Translations under genes and position numbers: made by a program | Assembly: GCA_965216755.1 (NCBI GenBank) | Contig: CBDCGL010000011.1 | Span: 1,728,001-1,792,000 of the forward strand | Direction of reading: 5' to 3' | Length of the DNA: 64,000 nucleotides | Origin: Alphaproteobacteria bacterium | Lineage (GTDB): Bacteria > Pseudomonadota > Alphaproteobacteria > UBA7887 | The notes under the pieces: model-generated | Databases searched by the model: none | What the model saw: the letters and a program-made list of their open reading frames with translations, nothing else | What the model was told of the DNA's origin: nothing | Shown: piece after piece, positions 10,250 through 19,749 of the stretch | Position numbering within the stretch: position 1 is the first letter of the stretch | Layout of the letters: each line of letters opens with the position of its first letter

Positions 10250-11551
10250 TCACGCCGGACCCGGCGTCGGTTCCCTGCGGTATTGAGGCACCACATACGG
10301 GCCTTCCGGAACAACAGCAACATGGCGATCTCCAGTGCGGGCGACGCTCTCGCGCACGGCTGCATCAATCGAATCGATCATATCGACCCCAGTCAGCGAT
10401 CGCTCTTCGCCATCTAAGCCGTCCGTGAATAGCCGGATACGGCCGATACGCATGGGTTTCAGCTGCATCTCGGTTTGCCATTCGTCGATGGCAGCATGGC
10501 TTTTGTCGCGGAGCGATGCGAGAAAAGCATCTGGCCCCAAATCCACGAGACGGCGCTGAGCGGCAAAAAAATGCGGCGACCCCATACCCTCCGAGCAAGC
10601 CGAAACAACGATCAAATCGCCACCCGGCGTCATTATGTCGATCGGACCGACCATGCCTTTGACGGTTTGGTAGTACGTCTTATCAAGCGGATATCCGGCC
10701 GCGCTGGTGACCACCGTGCCAAATCGCTGCAAGACTGGTATTTCCGCATAGCCGCGCACAAAGTCCACCGCGGCCAGGTGACTGGTCTTGATCTCGCCAA
10801 AATTGACGAATGAAACGCGGCGCTGTTCATCAATGACGACATTGATGGCGTAGGCGCCACCCAGCATATCGACGATTTCAAGCTGCTCGCGGTGCAGCGG
10901 ATTGCCGTCGAGCACACAATTCGCCGCCAGCGGGTCTTCCATAAAGCGGGCACTGTGAAATGTCGTAATCGTCTCGGCATGCGCGACACCGGGCGCGATG
11001 ACTTTGCGCCCACCGGAATAGCCGGCCATGAAATGGGGTTCCACCAGTCCCACAGCAATGCGCAAATCCGCATCGACCAACCGCTTGTCGAGCCGCACCA
11101 TCGTGCCACTGGCAGTTCGGCCGATGCCAACATGATCGGCGTCTTTTTCGGCGAAGTGATTGACCACGCGCACGGTATTCAGCACCCAGCGGTCGCCCAC
11201 AACTTCCGCCAACTCATCGCCTTCGTTGGGACGATGCAGGCCGGTCGCCACCAGCACGGTGATATCGTCGGCGGCAACGCCTTGGTCAAGCAGCGTTCTG
11301 ATTAACGGCGGCAGCAAGGCGCCATTCGGCACGGGTCGCGTGATATCACAAATCACAATGCAAACCCGTTTCGCCGCGGCGGCCAGGGCGGCGAGCGGCG
11401 GACCGCCACAGGGCACCTGAAACGAGTTGCGCAAATCGGCCTTGGGATTGGCCAACAATGGCATTTCTGGCTTGCTGACCACTGTCACTTCGCAGCCGTC
11501 GGGGATCGACACCGGCACGGTCCCCTTGCCGTACCTTACATCAACGCGCAT
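10250..11551 (-). CDS. larA: Nickel-pincer-dependent racemase/epimerase, LarA family
   Basis: CDITRP, ATGLHR, HFMAGYSGGRK, TFHS, YQTVKG motifs; in lar operon. Confidence 0.92.
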   Translation of the reverse strand: MRVDVRYGKGTVPVSIPDGCEVTVVSKPEMPLLANPKADLRNSFQVPCGGPPLAALAAAAKRVCIVICDITRPVPNGALLPPLIRTLLDQGVAADDITVLVATGLHRPNEGDELAEVVGDRWVLNTVRVVNHFAEKDADHVGIGRTASGTMVRLDKRLVDADLRIAVGLVEPHFMAGYSGGRKVIAPGVAHAETITTFHSARFMEDPLAANCVLDGNPLHREQLEIVDMLGGAYAINVVIDEQRRVSFVNFGEIKTSHLAAVDFVRGYAEIPVLQRFGTVVTSAAGYPLDKTYYQTVKGMVGPIDIMTPGGDLIVVSACSEGMGSPHFFAAQRRLVDLGPDAFLASLRDKSHAAIDEWQTEMQLKPMRIGRIRLFTDGLDGEERSLTGVDMIDSIDAAVRESVARTGDRHVAVVPEGPYVVPQYRREPTPGPA

Positions 11552-11564
11552 GGTCCCAGCTCCC

Positions 11565-12239
11565 CTAAGCCGCGCCACCATTCAATTCGCGTGCCCTTAA
11601 GATGCGCAGAGCCGCGCAGGCGGCGCCGTAGCCATTGTCAACGTTCACAACGACAACACCTGGCGCGCAACTGGTCAGCGACGCGTGCAGTGCCGTCGAA
11701 CCCCGATACGCCGTGCCATAGCCGACCGACGTGGGCACCGCGATGACAGCGCCTGGTACCAACCCACCCAGAACACTGACCAACGCCGCATCCATGCCGG
11801 CGACCGCAATCACAACCGGAAACTTGGACAGTGTGTCGACATGTTCCAACAGCCGCCACAGTCCCGCGACGCCGACATCGAACACAGACGTCGCCTCATG
11901 GCCGTAATATGCCAGCGTGCGTATTGCCTCGCGCCCCACGGCAATATCCGACGTACCTGCTGTTACGACGGCGGCGCCACCGGTTTGGCTTGGCGCCGGG
12001 CGCGGCCCAAGAATTCCGGTACGCGATACCGGATCATAATCGATGACCATGCGATGGGGGCGCGGCAACGAATCGTATCGGTCGGCCGCCAGACGCGTCA
12101 AAAGCATTGTCCGCTCTGCGGCTACGGCCTTGTCCAATATTGCTGCGATTTGAGGAATTGTCTTGCTATCGCAAAGGATTGCTTCGTCAAGCCCGATCCT
12201 TTGTGGGCGCTGATGATCGTGAACCGATTCGTCGGGCAT
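11565..12239 (-). CDS. larB: NPN cofactor biosynthesis carboxylase/hydrolase LarB
   Basis: TAGTSD, DVGVAGLWRL, AGMDAAL, VPTSVGYG, SCAPG, NVDNGYGAA. Confidence 0.95.
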   Translation of the reverse strand: MPDESVHDHQRPQRIGLDEAILCDSKTIPQIAAILDKAVAAERTMLLTRLAADRYDSLPRPHRMVIDYDPVSRTGILGPRPAPSQTGGAAVVTAGTSDIAVGREAIRTLAYYGHEATSVFDVGVAGLWRLLEHVDTLSKFPVVIAVAGMDAALVSVLGGLVPGAVIAVPTSVGYGTAYRGSTALHASLTSCAPGVVVVNVDNGYGAACAALRILRARELNGGAA

Positions 12240-13063
12240 CAGGACGCCGCCCCATGCACGAACGCGCTGCCGCGCTTGTAGGCCGCCAGGCTAACGGCGA
12301 TTTGGCGACCGCCCGCGGCGAACAAGCGGCCGATGTCACGCATCAAACGCCGCCGTGCCGCCGCATCCAAACGCGACAATGTGCGGTCATCGAGCTCTAC
12401 GACAACTCCACCTCGGCGCAAACGACAGCGCACGGTATCGGTGTCAAAAGACGCCTGAATATGACGCTCCGCGTCGTTGATCAAACGCAGAGCGTCAGCC
12501 TCGATCGCGATTCCAGTTTCGACTCGGCTCGACAGGCAAGGTGATGATGGCAACGCTCCCAAGTCAACATAGCCGAGCCCCGCCGCGATGGCGCGTAGCT
12601 GGCTTTTGCCGATTCCAGCTTCGACATAGGGATGACGCACGTGGCGCGCGCGGGCCGCTTCAAGGCCGGGCCGAAAATCGCCCAGGTCGTCGCAATTGGT
12701 CCCGGAGGCGACCGTTTCAGTTGCGCGCTTGGCAATCGCATCGTAAAGGTTGGTTTTACAATAAAAGCACCGGTTGACAGGGTTACGCCGATAGTCGGGA
12801 TCGGCAAATTCACCGGCATCTATGACGCGCAGACGCCACCCCTCGCGCTCTGCGATATCACGCAGACGCGCTGTCGCTTGTGGCGGCACCGCGGGCGATG
12901 TGGCGTGGTACACGGTGCATTGGCCTGGCGCGCGACGGTGCGCAAACACCGCCAAAGTCGTGCTGTCAACACCACCGCTGGCGGCCACGGCGATTGGTCC
13001 GATCGAATCCAGCACGCGCGCCAACGCATCGCCGAGTGATCGATATTCGTGGGTTCCGGTCAT
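12239..13063 (-). CDS. larE: NPN sulfur transferase LarE
   Basis: PP-loop SGGVDS, NRCFYCK, DDLGDFRPG, SSPCLSSR. Confidence 0.93.
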   Translation of the reverse strand: MTGTHEYRSLGDALARVLDSIGPIAVAASGGVDSTTLAVFAHRRAPGQCTVYHATSPAVPPQATARLRDIAEREGWRLRVIDAGEFADPDYRRNPVNRCFYCKTNLYDAIAKRATETVASGTNCDDLGDFRPGLEAARARHVRHPYVEAGIGKSQLRAIAAGLGYVDLGALPSSPCLSSRVETGIAIEADALRLINDAERHIQASFDTDTVRCRLRRGGVVVELDDRTLSRLDAAARRRLMRDIGRLFAAGGRQIAVSLAAYKRGSAFVHGAAS

Positions 13064-13067
13064 TCGT

Positions 13068-14309
13068 TTACTTTTTTGGCTCTCGCCGCCTTCGATCCTG
13101 TGCCTCTTCGACCGCACGCTGCCGCGCTGCCTGGCGGGCCGCGTGTCCGCCACCCGTTCCAGCAACGTCATCAGCGTCGGCCTTGGCCGAAACCCGCGAG
13201 ACCCGGTCGCCGGCAGCCTTCGGCCGCATCGACAGTTTAACCCGGACTGGCCGATTCTTGCCATCGGTCTCAACCACCTCGCGCTCCAGTTCAGCCCGAT
13301 CGATCGGTCGGTGGCGCACTCCAATCGTCGTGGTCTCTTGGAAACACAGTCCAATGACGTGCTCTAATTCGCTGTAATCACACAATATTTGCACATGCAC
13401 GGCGACGCGACCCTTTTTGCCGACCACCGGCCACTGCACGACATCACGGACCGCGTGGTCGGCGCGGATGTGATCAAGCGCGATCGCAAGATCCTCGCCC
13501 GTTTGGTCATCGACTTCGAATGCGATTTCAGCCACGCGGCCACTTGTCGTCTGAATGCCGGCGAGTGCGGTCGTGGCGGGCTCAAACAGCATGGCCCGCA
13601 GAATATTACTGCGCCCCGTTAGCGTACTTATCCCAAAGCCTTGGCCATTGGCCACAAGTCGATGAGGCGTCGTTGGGCCGACCTCGCCCGGCGCCAAATG
13701 GCGCACGATCGCCGCGCCGGTCGGCGTGACCCGTTCGCCCGGTACGCCATCGTCGACCATGCGAAAACCGCGCAGGAGAATAACCGTCGCCGGTGCCGGC
13801 ACCGGTAATGCACCATGGGCGCCGCGCACCTGTCCCGAGCCGAGTGGCAATGGCGCACACGACCAAGTTGCCGGTTGTAGCGACTCGATCAAAAACGCCG
13901 CGGCGACGATATCGACGATCGAGTCCCAACCACCCACTTCGTGAAAGACCACCTGTTCAACGGGCTTGCCGTGCACCTGGCTTTCGGTATCGGCAAGCAG
14001 TTCCAGCAGCCCGAGCGCACGATTTGCCACGGCGCGGTCGATTTGTGACGCGGCAATCCGTTCGCGCAGATCTGTATAAGCGCGGTGGCCATGCGGTCGT
14101 TGGTTGCCGGCCAAGGCGACATGAAACCGCGTGCCGGTCAGCGTCTCGTCGTCATGGTCGCGGACATTTATCTCAAGGTTTGGCGGCAAATCGACCGCCG
14201 CAAGCGTCTTCAGCAACCCCTCTTCCAAGTCTGGGCGCGCGTCCAGCAGTGCCGCGATGAACATATCGCCAGCAATCCCGCCGACGGGATCAAGATGAAT
14301 GTGCATCAC
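13068..14309 (-). CDS. larC: Nickel insertion protein LarC
   Basis: GIAGDM, FHEVG..DSIVD, HG.LPVPAPAT, TPTGAA, VDDQTGE, ETTTIGVR. Confidence 0.95.
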   Translation of the reverse strand: MMHIHLDPVGGIAGDMFIAALLDARPDLEEGLLKTLAAVDLPPNLEINVRDHDDETLTGTRFHVALAGNQRPHGHRAYTDLRERIAASQIDRAVANRALGLLELLADTESQVHGKPVEQVVFHEVGGWDSIVDIVAAAFLIESLQPATWSCAPLPLGSGQVRGAHGALPVPAPATVILLRGFRMVDDGVPGERVTPTGAAIVRHLAPGEVGPTTPHRLVANGQGFGISTLTGRSNILRAMLFEPATTALAGIQTTSGRVAEIAFEVDDQTGEDLAIALDHIRADHAVRDVVQWPVVGKKGRVAVHVQILCDYSELEHVIGLCFQETTTIGVRHRPIDRAELEREVVETDGKNRPVRVKLSMRPKAAGDRVSRVSAKADADDVAGTGGGHAARQAARQRAVEEAQDRRRREPKK

Positions 14310-14321
14310 GCGCGCTTACCT

Positions 14322-15341
14322 TCAAACGCCCGGAACTTTAACGGAACCCGCGGCTGCGACCTTCGCCGCAGCAGCCGCCATAACATCGGCGCCGGCGCCG
14401 GCACGGTGGGCGCGCTCACTCAAATGGCGACGCCACGCACGACCGCCAGGGACACCATTGAACAGTCCAAGTACATGACGCGAGATGCTGCCAAGTCGCG
14501 TCCCGCGCCGCACTTCGTCATCGACATAAGGCATCAGCGCCTCCACCACATCGTGGCGCGTTTTGCCGCGCGGCGGATCGCCAAACAAGGTTTGGTCGAC
14601 CCGTGACAATAAATACGGATTCTGATAGGCGGCGCGGCCCAGCATTACACCATCGACCTGTGTCAGATGCGCCGCCGCTTCGTCAAGTGTTGTCACGCCG
14701 CCATTGATAACGATGTTCAAATCGGGATGTGCGCGTTTGAGCCGATAAACAACATCGTAGCGAAGTGGCGGAATTTCCCGGTTTTGGCGCGGACTCAATC
14801 CTTTGAGCCACGCTTTGCGGGCGTGAATAATGAACGTTTGGCAGCCGCCCGCCGCGACGATTTGGACAAAACGGGCCAAAGTGGGTTCGCTGTCTTGGTC
14901 GTCGATGCCGATCCTGGTCTTGATCGTCACTGGAATGCGCGCCCCGGCGCGAGCCAGGGCTTCGCTCATAGCCGCAACACACCGGGCGACCAAATCCGGT
15001 TCCGCCATTAGGCACGCGCCAAACCGGCCGTCCTGCACCCGACTGCTGGGACAGCCAACGTTCAAATTGACTTCATCATAGCCATAGTCTGCGCAGATCC
15101 GCGTCGCCTCGGCCAACATCGCCGGATCGCTACCGCCCAATTGCACGGCCAGGGGATGTTCCGCCCGATCATGCCCCAGCAGCCGACCGCGATCGCCGTG
15201 CAAGACCGCCGAGGCGGTCAGCATCTCGGTATAGAGGCGGGCGCGCCGACTGATTAGCCGCAGAAAGTACCGATCATGGCGATCGGTGCGCTCCATCATC
15301 GGCGCCACGCAAAAGCGGTGTGAAGACAAGGATATACTCAC
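14322..15341 (-). CDS. dusA: tRNA dihydrouridine(20/20a) synthase
   Basis: FCVAPMM, NLNVGCPS.RVQ.G.FGACLM, HARKAWL.GLSP..NR.IPPL. Confidence 0.95.
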   Translation of the reverse strand: MSISLSSHRFCVAPMMERTDRHDRYFLRLISRRARLYTEMLTASAVLHGDRGRLLGHDRAEHPLAVQLGGSDPAMLAEATRICADYGYDEVNLNVGCPSSRVQDGRFGACLMAEPDLVARCVAAMSEALARAGARIPVTIKTRIGIDDQDSEPTLARFVQIVAAGGCQTFIIHARKAWLKGLSPRQNREIPPLRYDVVYRLKRAHPDLNIVINGGVTTLDEAAAHLTQVDGVMLGRAAYQNPYLLSRVDQTLFGDPPRGKTRHDVVEALMPYVDDEVRRGTRLGSISRHVLGLFNGVPGGRAWRRHLSERAHRAGAGADVMAAAAAKVAAAGSVKVPGV

Positions 15342-15425
15342 AATCGTCTCGTTCGTCGCGCGTGCCACATGCAAGCACAGGCGCGCCGCAAGAACAAATG
15401 CCGCAGTGTAGTAGTTCGGATGTTG

Positions 15426-15614
15426 CTAGCCTCTAGGAGGATTGGCGCGCTTCTTCGTTTCCGGAAACAGCCATACGGCGAACACCATGAACGCGCCCAA
15501 AAGAACACTGACCCAGGCCACATCATACGACCCCGCGCGATGTTCGATCACGAACATCACTGCGGCCAGCGCGCACACGATCAGCGACAAAAGAAACTTC
15601 AGATGTGGTGGCAT
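15426..15614 (-). CDS. Small two-TM membrane protein
   Basis: 62 aa, two hydrophobic helices, GAGG RBS-like sequence upstream. Confidence 0.65.
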   Translation of the reverse strand: MPPHLKFLLSLIVCALAAVMFVIEHRAGSYDVAWVSVLLGAFMVFAVWLFPETKKRANPPRG

Positions 15615-15661
15615 GCGCCCTCATCCTCATATCAAAAACAGCTATTGTGCTCAGGATAGTG

Positions 15662-15673
15662 GTGATATATTAC
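15662..15673. promoter_or_regulatory. Putative GntR operator, copy 1 (GTGATATATTAC)
   Basis: Near-palindrome upstream of gntR; 11/12 identical to the palindrome at 16746. Confidence 0.65.
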
Positions 15674-15707
15674 AGGTCAAGATCAGCGTTGTAATCTGTT
15701 CTGGACC

Positions 15708-16433
15708 ATGACTGCGATACACCCTCATGAAGATCGGGAGCCGCTGTCGAACCGTGCCATCACCGGTGAAAGCCGCGGCTCGCTGACGCAGATCGCCTAC
15801 CGCACGCTTGAAGAGCTCATTGTAACCTTGCAACTGCCGCCCGGCGCAGTGATGAGCGAGACGGCGGTCGCCGACCGGGTCGGCATTGGTCGCACGCCCG
15901 TAAGGGAGGCCCTACAAATGCTGGCGCGCGAGGGTCTGATAGAGGTTATGCCGCGCCGCGGCATTCGGATCTCGTGTATCGATGGCGAGTGCCAACTGCG
16001 CCTGCTCGAATTGCGGCGCGCCTTGGAACAAGTTCTTGCTGAGGCATGTGCCGAGCGTGCGACCGACGCCGAGAAAAACGAGTTCGACGCGCTCGCCACG
16101 GCCATGGAAGCCGCTGCCGAAACCGACGACGATGTCGCGTTCATGCGCCTCGATCGGCGCTTCAATCAGTTGCTGTGTGCGGCGGCGCGCAATGAATACG
16201 TCGCAAGTGCGATGAAACTGATCCAAGGACTCTCGCGACGCTTTTGGTATTCGCACTACCGCGATGCTCTAGATCTACCACTGTGCGCCCAATTGCACGC
16301 CAATGTCGCGCGCTCAATCAGCGTCGGCAAGGCGGCCAAGGCCGTCGCTGCCAGTGATCGCCTGATCGACTACATCGAGGATTTTGCGCGCGCGAGCACG
16401 GCGACGACCTCCAAAACCAATGGTCACCAATAA
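15708..16433 (+). CDS. GntR-family (FCD) transcriptional regulator
   Basis: LPPG..SE..A...GIGRTPVREAL..LAREGL wHTH plus FCD domain. Confidence 0.95.
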   Translation: MTAIHPHEDREPLSNRAITGESRGSLTQIAYRTLEELIVTLQLPPGAVMSETAVADRVGIGRTPVREALQMLAREGLIEVMPRRGIRISCIDGECQLRLLELRRALEQVLAEACAERATDAEKNEFDALATAMEAAAETDDDVAFMRLDRRFNQLLCAAARNEYVASAMKLIQGLSRRFWYSHYRDALDLPLCAQLHANVARSISVGKAAKAVAASDRLIDYIEDFARASTATTSKTNGHQ

Positions 16434-16732
16434 TGAAGCGCTATCTGGGCGAACGAACAATTGATGGCATTCGAGTCACGGTGGACGATGCGGATCTTTC
16501 GCCACGATTTGATCTAAAGGCACTCTCGCCCAGCGGCTTCGAGTGGACCTATGAGGGCGCCGCGCCCGCCCAGTTGGCGTTGGCCCTGCTCGCCGATCAT
16601 CTTGGCGACGAAAAGGCCCTCGTGTTCTATGAAGGATTCATGCGTCACGTGGTCGCCAATTTCGAGAATGATTGGGAAATGACCAGCGACGATATCGATG
16701 CCGCACTCAAGTCCATGCCGAAGGATGATTGA
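16433..16732 (+). CDS. DUF6166-like protein
   Basis: SPSGFEWTYEG..PAQLALALLADHL pattern; start overlaps gntR stop. Confidence 0.75.
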   Translation: MKRYLGERTIDGIRVTVDDADLSPRFDLKALSPSGFEWTYEGAAPAQLALALLADHLGDEKALVFYEGFMRHVVANFENDWEMTSDDIDAALKSMPKDD

Positions 16733-16745
16733 GTTATTGCGTCGT

Positions 16746-16757
16746 GTAATATATTAC
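16746..16757. promoter_or_regulatory. Putative GntR operator, copy 2 (GTAATATATTAC)
   Basis: Perfect 12-bp palindrome about 43 bp upstream of the desaturase gene. Confidence 0.7.
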
Positions 16758-16799
16758 TGAATCGATCTGGCGCCAAAGCACATCGCCAAGGAGGTTGAA

Positions 16800-17588
16800 A
16801 TGGTGGAGTGGGCAGACTCACAAATGAGCGATCGCCAGCGTAACTATCGCGCCGGATATCGCGAACGCATTGCCGGTTGGTATAACGGCTACCTGCATGT
16901 GGCGGTGATTTATGCGATCGGCATCGTCGCGTTTTACATTTACGTATCGCACATTCACCAGCCGACTTGGTGGGAGTGGCTGGTGGTGCCGGTCGTCGCG
17001 CTGATCTGCAATTTCTTTGAATGGTTTTTGCACCGCCACGTGATGCACCGGCCGCAAACATCGCGCGCTTTGCGGGCCATCTATATGCGCCACACCATGA
17101 TGCACCATCAGTTCTTTACGGATCGAGACATGCGTTTCGCCGACTCGACCGACTGGCGCGTGACATTCTTCCCGCCCTACGCCCTGGTCACCTTTATCCT
17201 GATGTCCGTCCCAGGCGCCCTTGTGGTTGGCTGGCTAATATCCACCAATGCGGGCTGGCTCGTTATGTGTACAACCACGGGCATGTATCTCATTTACGAG
17301 TTCATGCATTTCTGCTGCCACGTGAACGAAAACTGGTTCGTGCGCAACTGTCCGTTCGTCAACACAATCCGACGCCATCACACCGCCCATCATGCGCAGA
17401 ACATCATGATGGAGCGCAACATGAACCTGACATTCCCCATTGCGGATTGGCTGATGGGTACGTCGGATCTCGATCGCGGTCTGGTCGGCCACATTTTCAA
17501 CGGCTACAACGAAAAATACGTGCGTACTGATATGCGCCAGGCCAAACGGACGCCGGGCCGTCCTGCACAGGCGGTACCGGCCCAGTAG
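16800..17588 (+). CDS. Fatty acid hydroxylase/sterol desaturase family protein
   Basis: His boxes HRHVMH, HTMMHH, HFCCH, RHHTAHH; TM helices; GGAGG RBS. Confidence 0.9.
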   Translation: MVEWADSQMSDRQRNYRAGYRERIAGWYNGYLHVAVIYAIGIVAFYIYVSHIHQPTWWEWLVVPVVALICNFFEWFLHRHVMHRPQTSRALRAIYMRHTMMHHQFFTDRDMRFADSTDWRVTFFPPYALVTFILMSVPGALVVGWLISTNAGWLVMCTTTGMYLIYEFMHFCCHVNENWFVRNCPFVNTIRRHHTAHHAQNIMMERNMNLTFPIADWLMGTSDLDRGLVGHIFNGYNEKYVRTDMRQAKRTPGRPAQAVPAQ

Positions 17589-17824
17589 AGGTTCTTGCGA
17601 CTAACGAGGACCACTCGCGAATACATGTAGCGCCGCTTGGTTCGTGGGGCGCGGCGCCCTGCAATTTGTCGTCGCACACCCGGCCGTCGCGGCATTCTGC
17701 GCCGGCACCCGTACCATCGCCTAGCTGGAGCAGAACCTGGGATGGTTCAGCGTTCCAATTCCTGCAGATTTTGGGCGGAGCTGAAATGCGAGAGGCTCTT
17801 GCGCGAGGACGCACCTGTGCCCGC

Positions 17825-18463
17825 TTAAGCAGCCCCTTCGGTACCCAGGAAGATCGCGCGAACGAAGGACCGATACAGCATCACCTGTTGCGGTAACACC
17901 TGCTTTTCGTGCACAACCTTGGACAAGATGATGCCCCCATCGACCAGAGCTGAGACCATATCGGCCAACGCATCCAGATCGACCTCCACGCGCGGCGGGT
18001 AGCGTGCAGAGATTTGATCGAAACGGGCCCGAAAACGGGCGCGCCATCCCAATATGGCGGCGGCGTTCATGTCGCGAATTTCTTTGTTGAACAACTGGTC
18101 TTGGTAGCAGTAAGACGCCACCAAACAACCAGGATGGGTGCTGGGCAGGTCCGCCATCATTTCGGCAAACATTTTGAGCCCGACCAAGAAGCCGTGCAGC
18201 GGGTCTTCGTGCAACTCGTCCGCGCGCGTGAACAGGTCGTTCAGCAGGACCTCTTCGCGATCCAAGTAGCGCTCCAGCAGTGCTTTGGCCAGCTCGCTCT
18301 TGTCCCTGAAATGATAGAAAAATCCGCTTTTAGTAATACCGACCCCGGCGATCAATTCGTCGATCGAGGTCGCGGCGAAGCCCTTTTCCAGAACCGCCAT
18401 CTCCGCCAGTTCCAAGATACGGTCCCGCGTCCCGCTTCCCGCCCGTGGCAGTGTATTGAGCAT
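17825..18463 (-). CDS. TetR/AcrR-family regulator
   Basis: RILELAE...EKGFAATSIDE....GITKSGFFYHF.DK HTH. Confidence 0.95.
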   Translation of the reverse strand: MLNTLPRAGSGTRDRILELAEMAVLEKGFAATSIDELIAGVGITKSGFFYHFRDKSELAKALLERYLDREEVLLNDLFTRADELHEDPLHGFLVGLKMFAEMMADLPSTHPGCLVASYCYQDQLFNKEIRDMNAAAILGWRARFRARFDQISARYPPRVEVDLDALADMVSALVDGGIILSKVVHEKQVLPQQVMLYRSFVRAIFLGTEGAA

Positions 18464-18468
18464 GCGTT

Positions 18469-18487
18469 ACTGTACCATAAGTACAGT
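18469..18487. promoter_or_regulatory. Putative TetR operator ACTGTAC-N5-GTACAGT
   Basis: Perfect 7-bp-arm inverted repeat 5 bp upstream of tetR ATG; adjoins TTGACA (18487-18492) facing the divergent gene. Confidence 0.7.
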
Positions 18488-18677
18488 TGACATTAGAAAC
18501 GCCGCCATGACGCCTTGGTCGGGCACGTCAACACCCCACATAAATTATTGAAGTTTCTTTCTTTATTGGAATTTCGACTGGCTTGACCACGAGTCGTCTG
18601 GAATCTATAGGCCGTCGGCGGCACCTTTTTTGCGCAACTTAGATTTCTCCTCCCACGCGTTTGAAGAGGTCGCAACC

Positions 18678-19622
18678 ATGGCCAAATACAGAGACCGATT
18701 GCCCCAATTAGACGGTGACATGTTCCTGACCGACGGCGGGCTTGAGACCGTGCTGGTATTTCACAAGCAAATTGACCTGCCGCACTTCGCCGCTTTCGAT
18801 CTGCTGCGCAACGAAGACGGTCGCAAGTTGCTTTACGACTACTATGTCGACTACGCCGAAATCGCCCGCGCCAATGGCTTGGGATTCATTTTGGAAAGCG
18901 CCACATGGCGCGCCAGTTCAGATTGGGGCACCAAGCTCGGCTACACTGCAGAAGCGTTGACCGCTGCCAATCAAGAAAGCATCTCCATGCTGAGTTCATT
19001 GCGGGCCCGTTTTGAGACCGGCGACCAGCCCATGGTGATTAGCGGTTGCCTCGGCCCGCGCGGCGACGGCTATGATCCGGGTGCCATCATGAGCCCCGAC
19101 GAAGCTGAAAATTACCATGCTCAGCAAATCCAAGCATTCCGTGAAAGTGACGCCGACATGGTGACCGCTTTTACCTTGACCAACATTCCCGAAGCAATCG
19201 GCATGACACGCGCAGCGGCCAAGGCAGGGCTCCCGATCGCGTTATCTTTTACTGTCGAGACCGATGGTTGCCTGCCGACCGGGGATACCCTGCGGCGGGC
19301 GATTGAGGGCGTCGACGCGGCGACCGACGAAGCGCCGGCATACTACATGATAAATTGCGCCCATCCCTCCCACTTCGATGGTGCGGTAGCTTGCGACGAG
19401 CCCTGGCTTGACAGGATCCGGGGTCTGCGCGCCAACGCCTCGCGCCGCAGCCACGCCGAGCTCGACGAATCGACCGAACTCGACGAAGGCAATCCGCGCG
19501 AACTCGGCACGGAAATTCGTGAATTGCGCGGATCATTGCGAAATCTCAATGTTCTCGGCGGCTGTTGCGGTACCGACCACCGCCATGTTGATGCCATTTG
19601 CAGTGCTTGGCTCGCGGCATGA
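18678..19622 (+). CDS. Homocysteine S-methyltransferase family protein
   Basis: FLTDGGLET, GPRGDGY, INCAHP and GGCCG Zn ligands. Confidence 0.92.
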   Translation: MAKYRDRLPQLDGDMFLTDGGLETVLVFHKQIDLPHFAAFDLLRNEDGRKLLYDYYVDYAEIARANGLGFILESATWRASSDWGTKLGYTAEALTAANQESISMLSSLRARFETGDQPMVISGCLGPRGDGYDPGAIMSPDEAENYHAQQIQAFRESDADMVTAFTLTNIPEAIGMTRAAAKAGLPIALSFTVETDGCLPTGDTLRRAIEGVDAATDEAPAYYMINCAHPSHFDGAVACDEPWLDRIRGLRANASRRSHAELDESTELDEGNPRELGTEIRELRGSLRNLNVLGGCCGTDHRHVDAICSAWLAA

Positions 19623-19749
19623 CGGCATCGCTTTGCCAATTCTCATAGCAGATTCTTGACAATTCTGGGTTTCCGGCGCGCGAAGAGTCGGTCAGAGTAA
19701 CGAAAGGACGCACTTTCCCGCGCAAGACCGCGCGGCCGGAGACCCAGAC

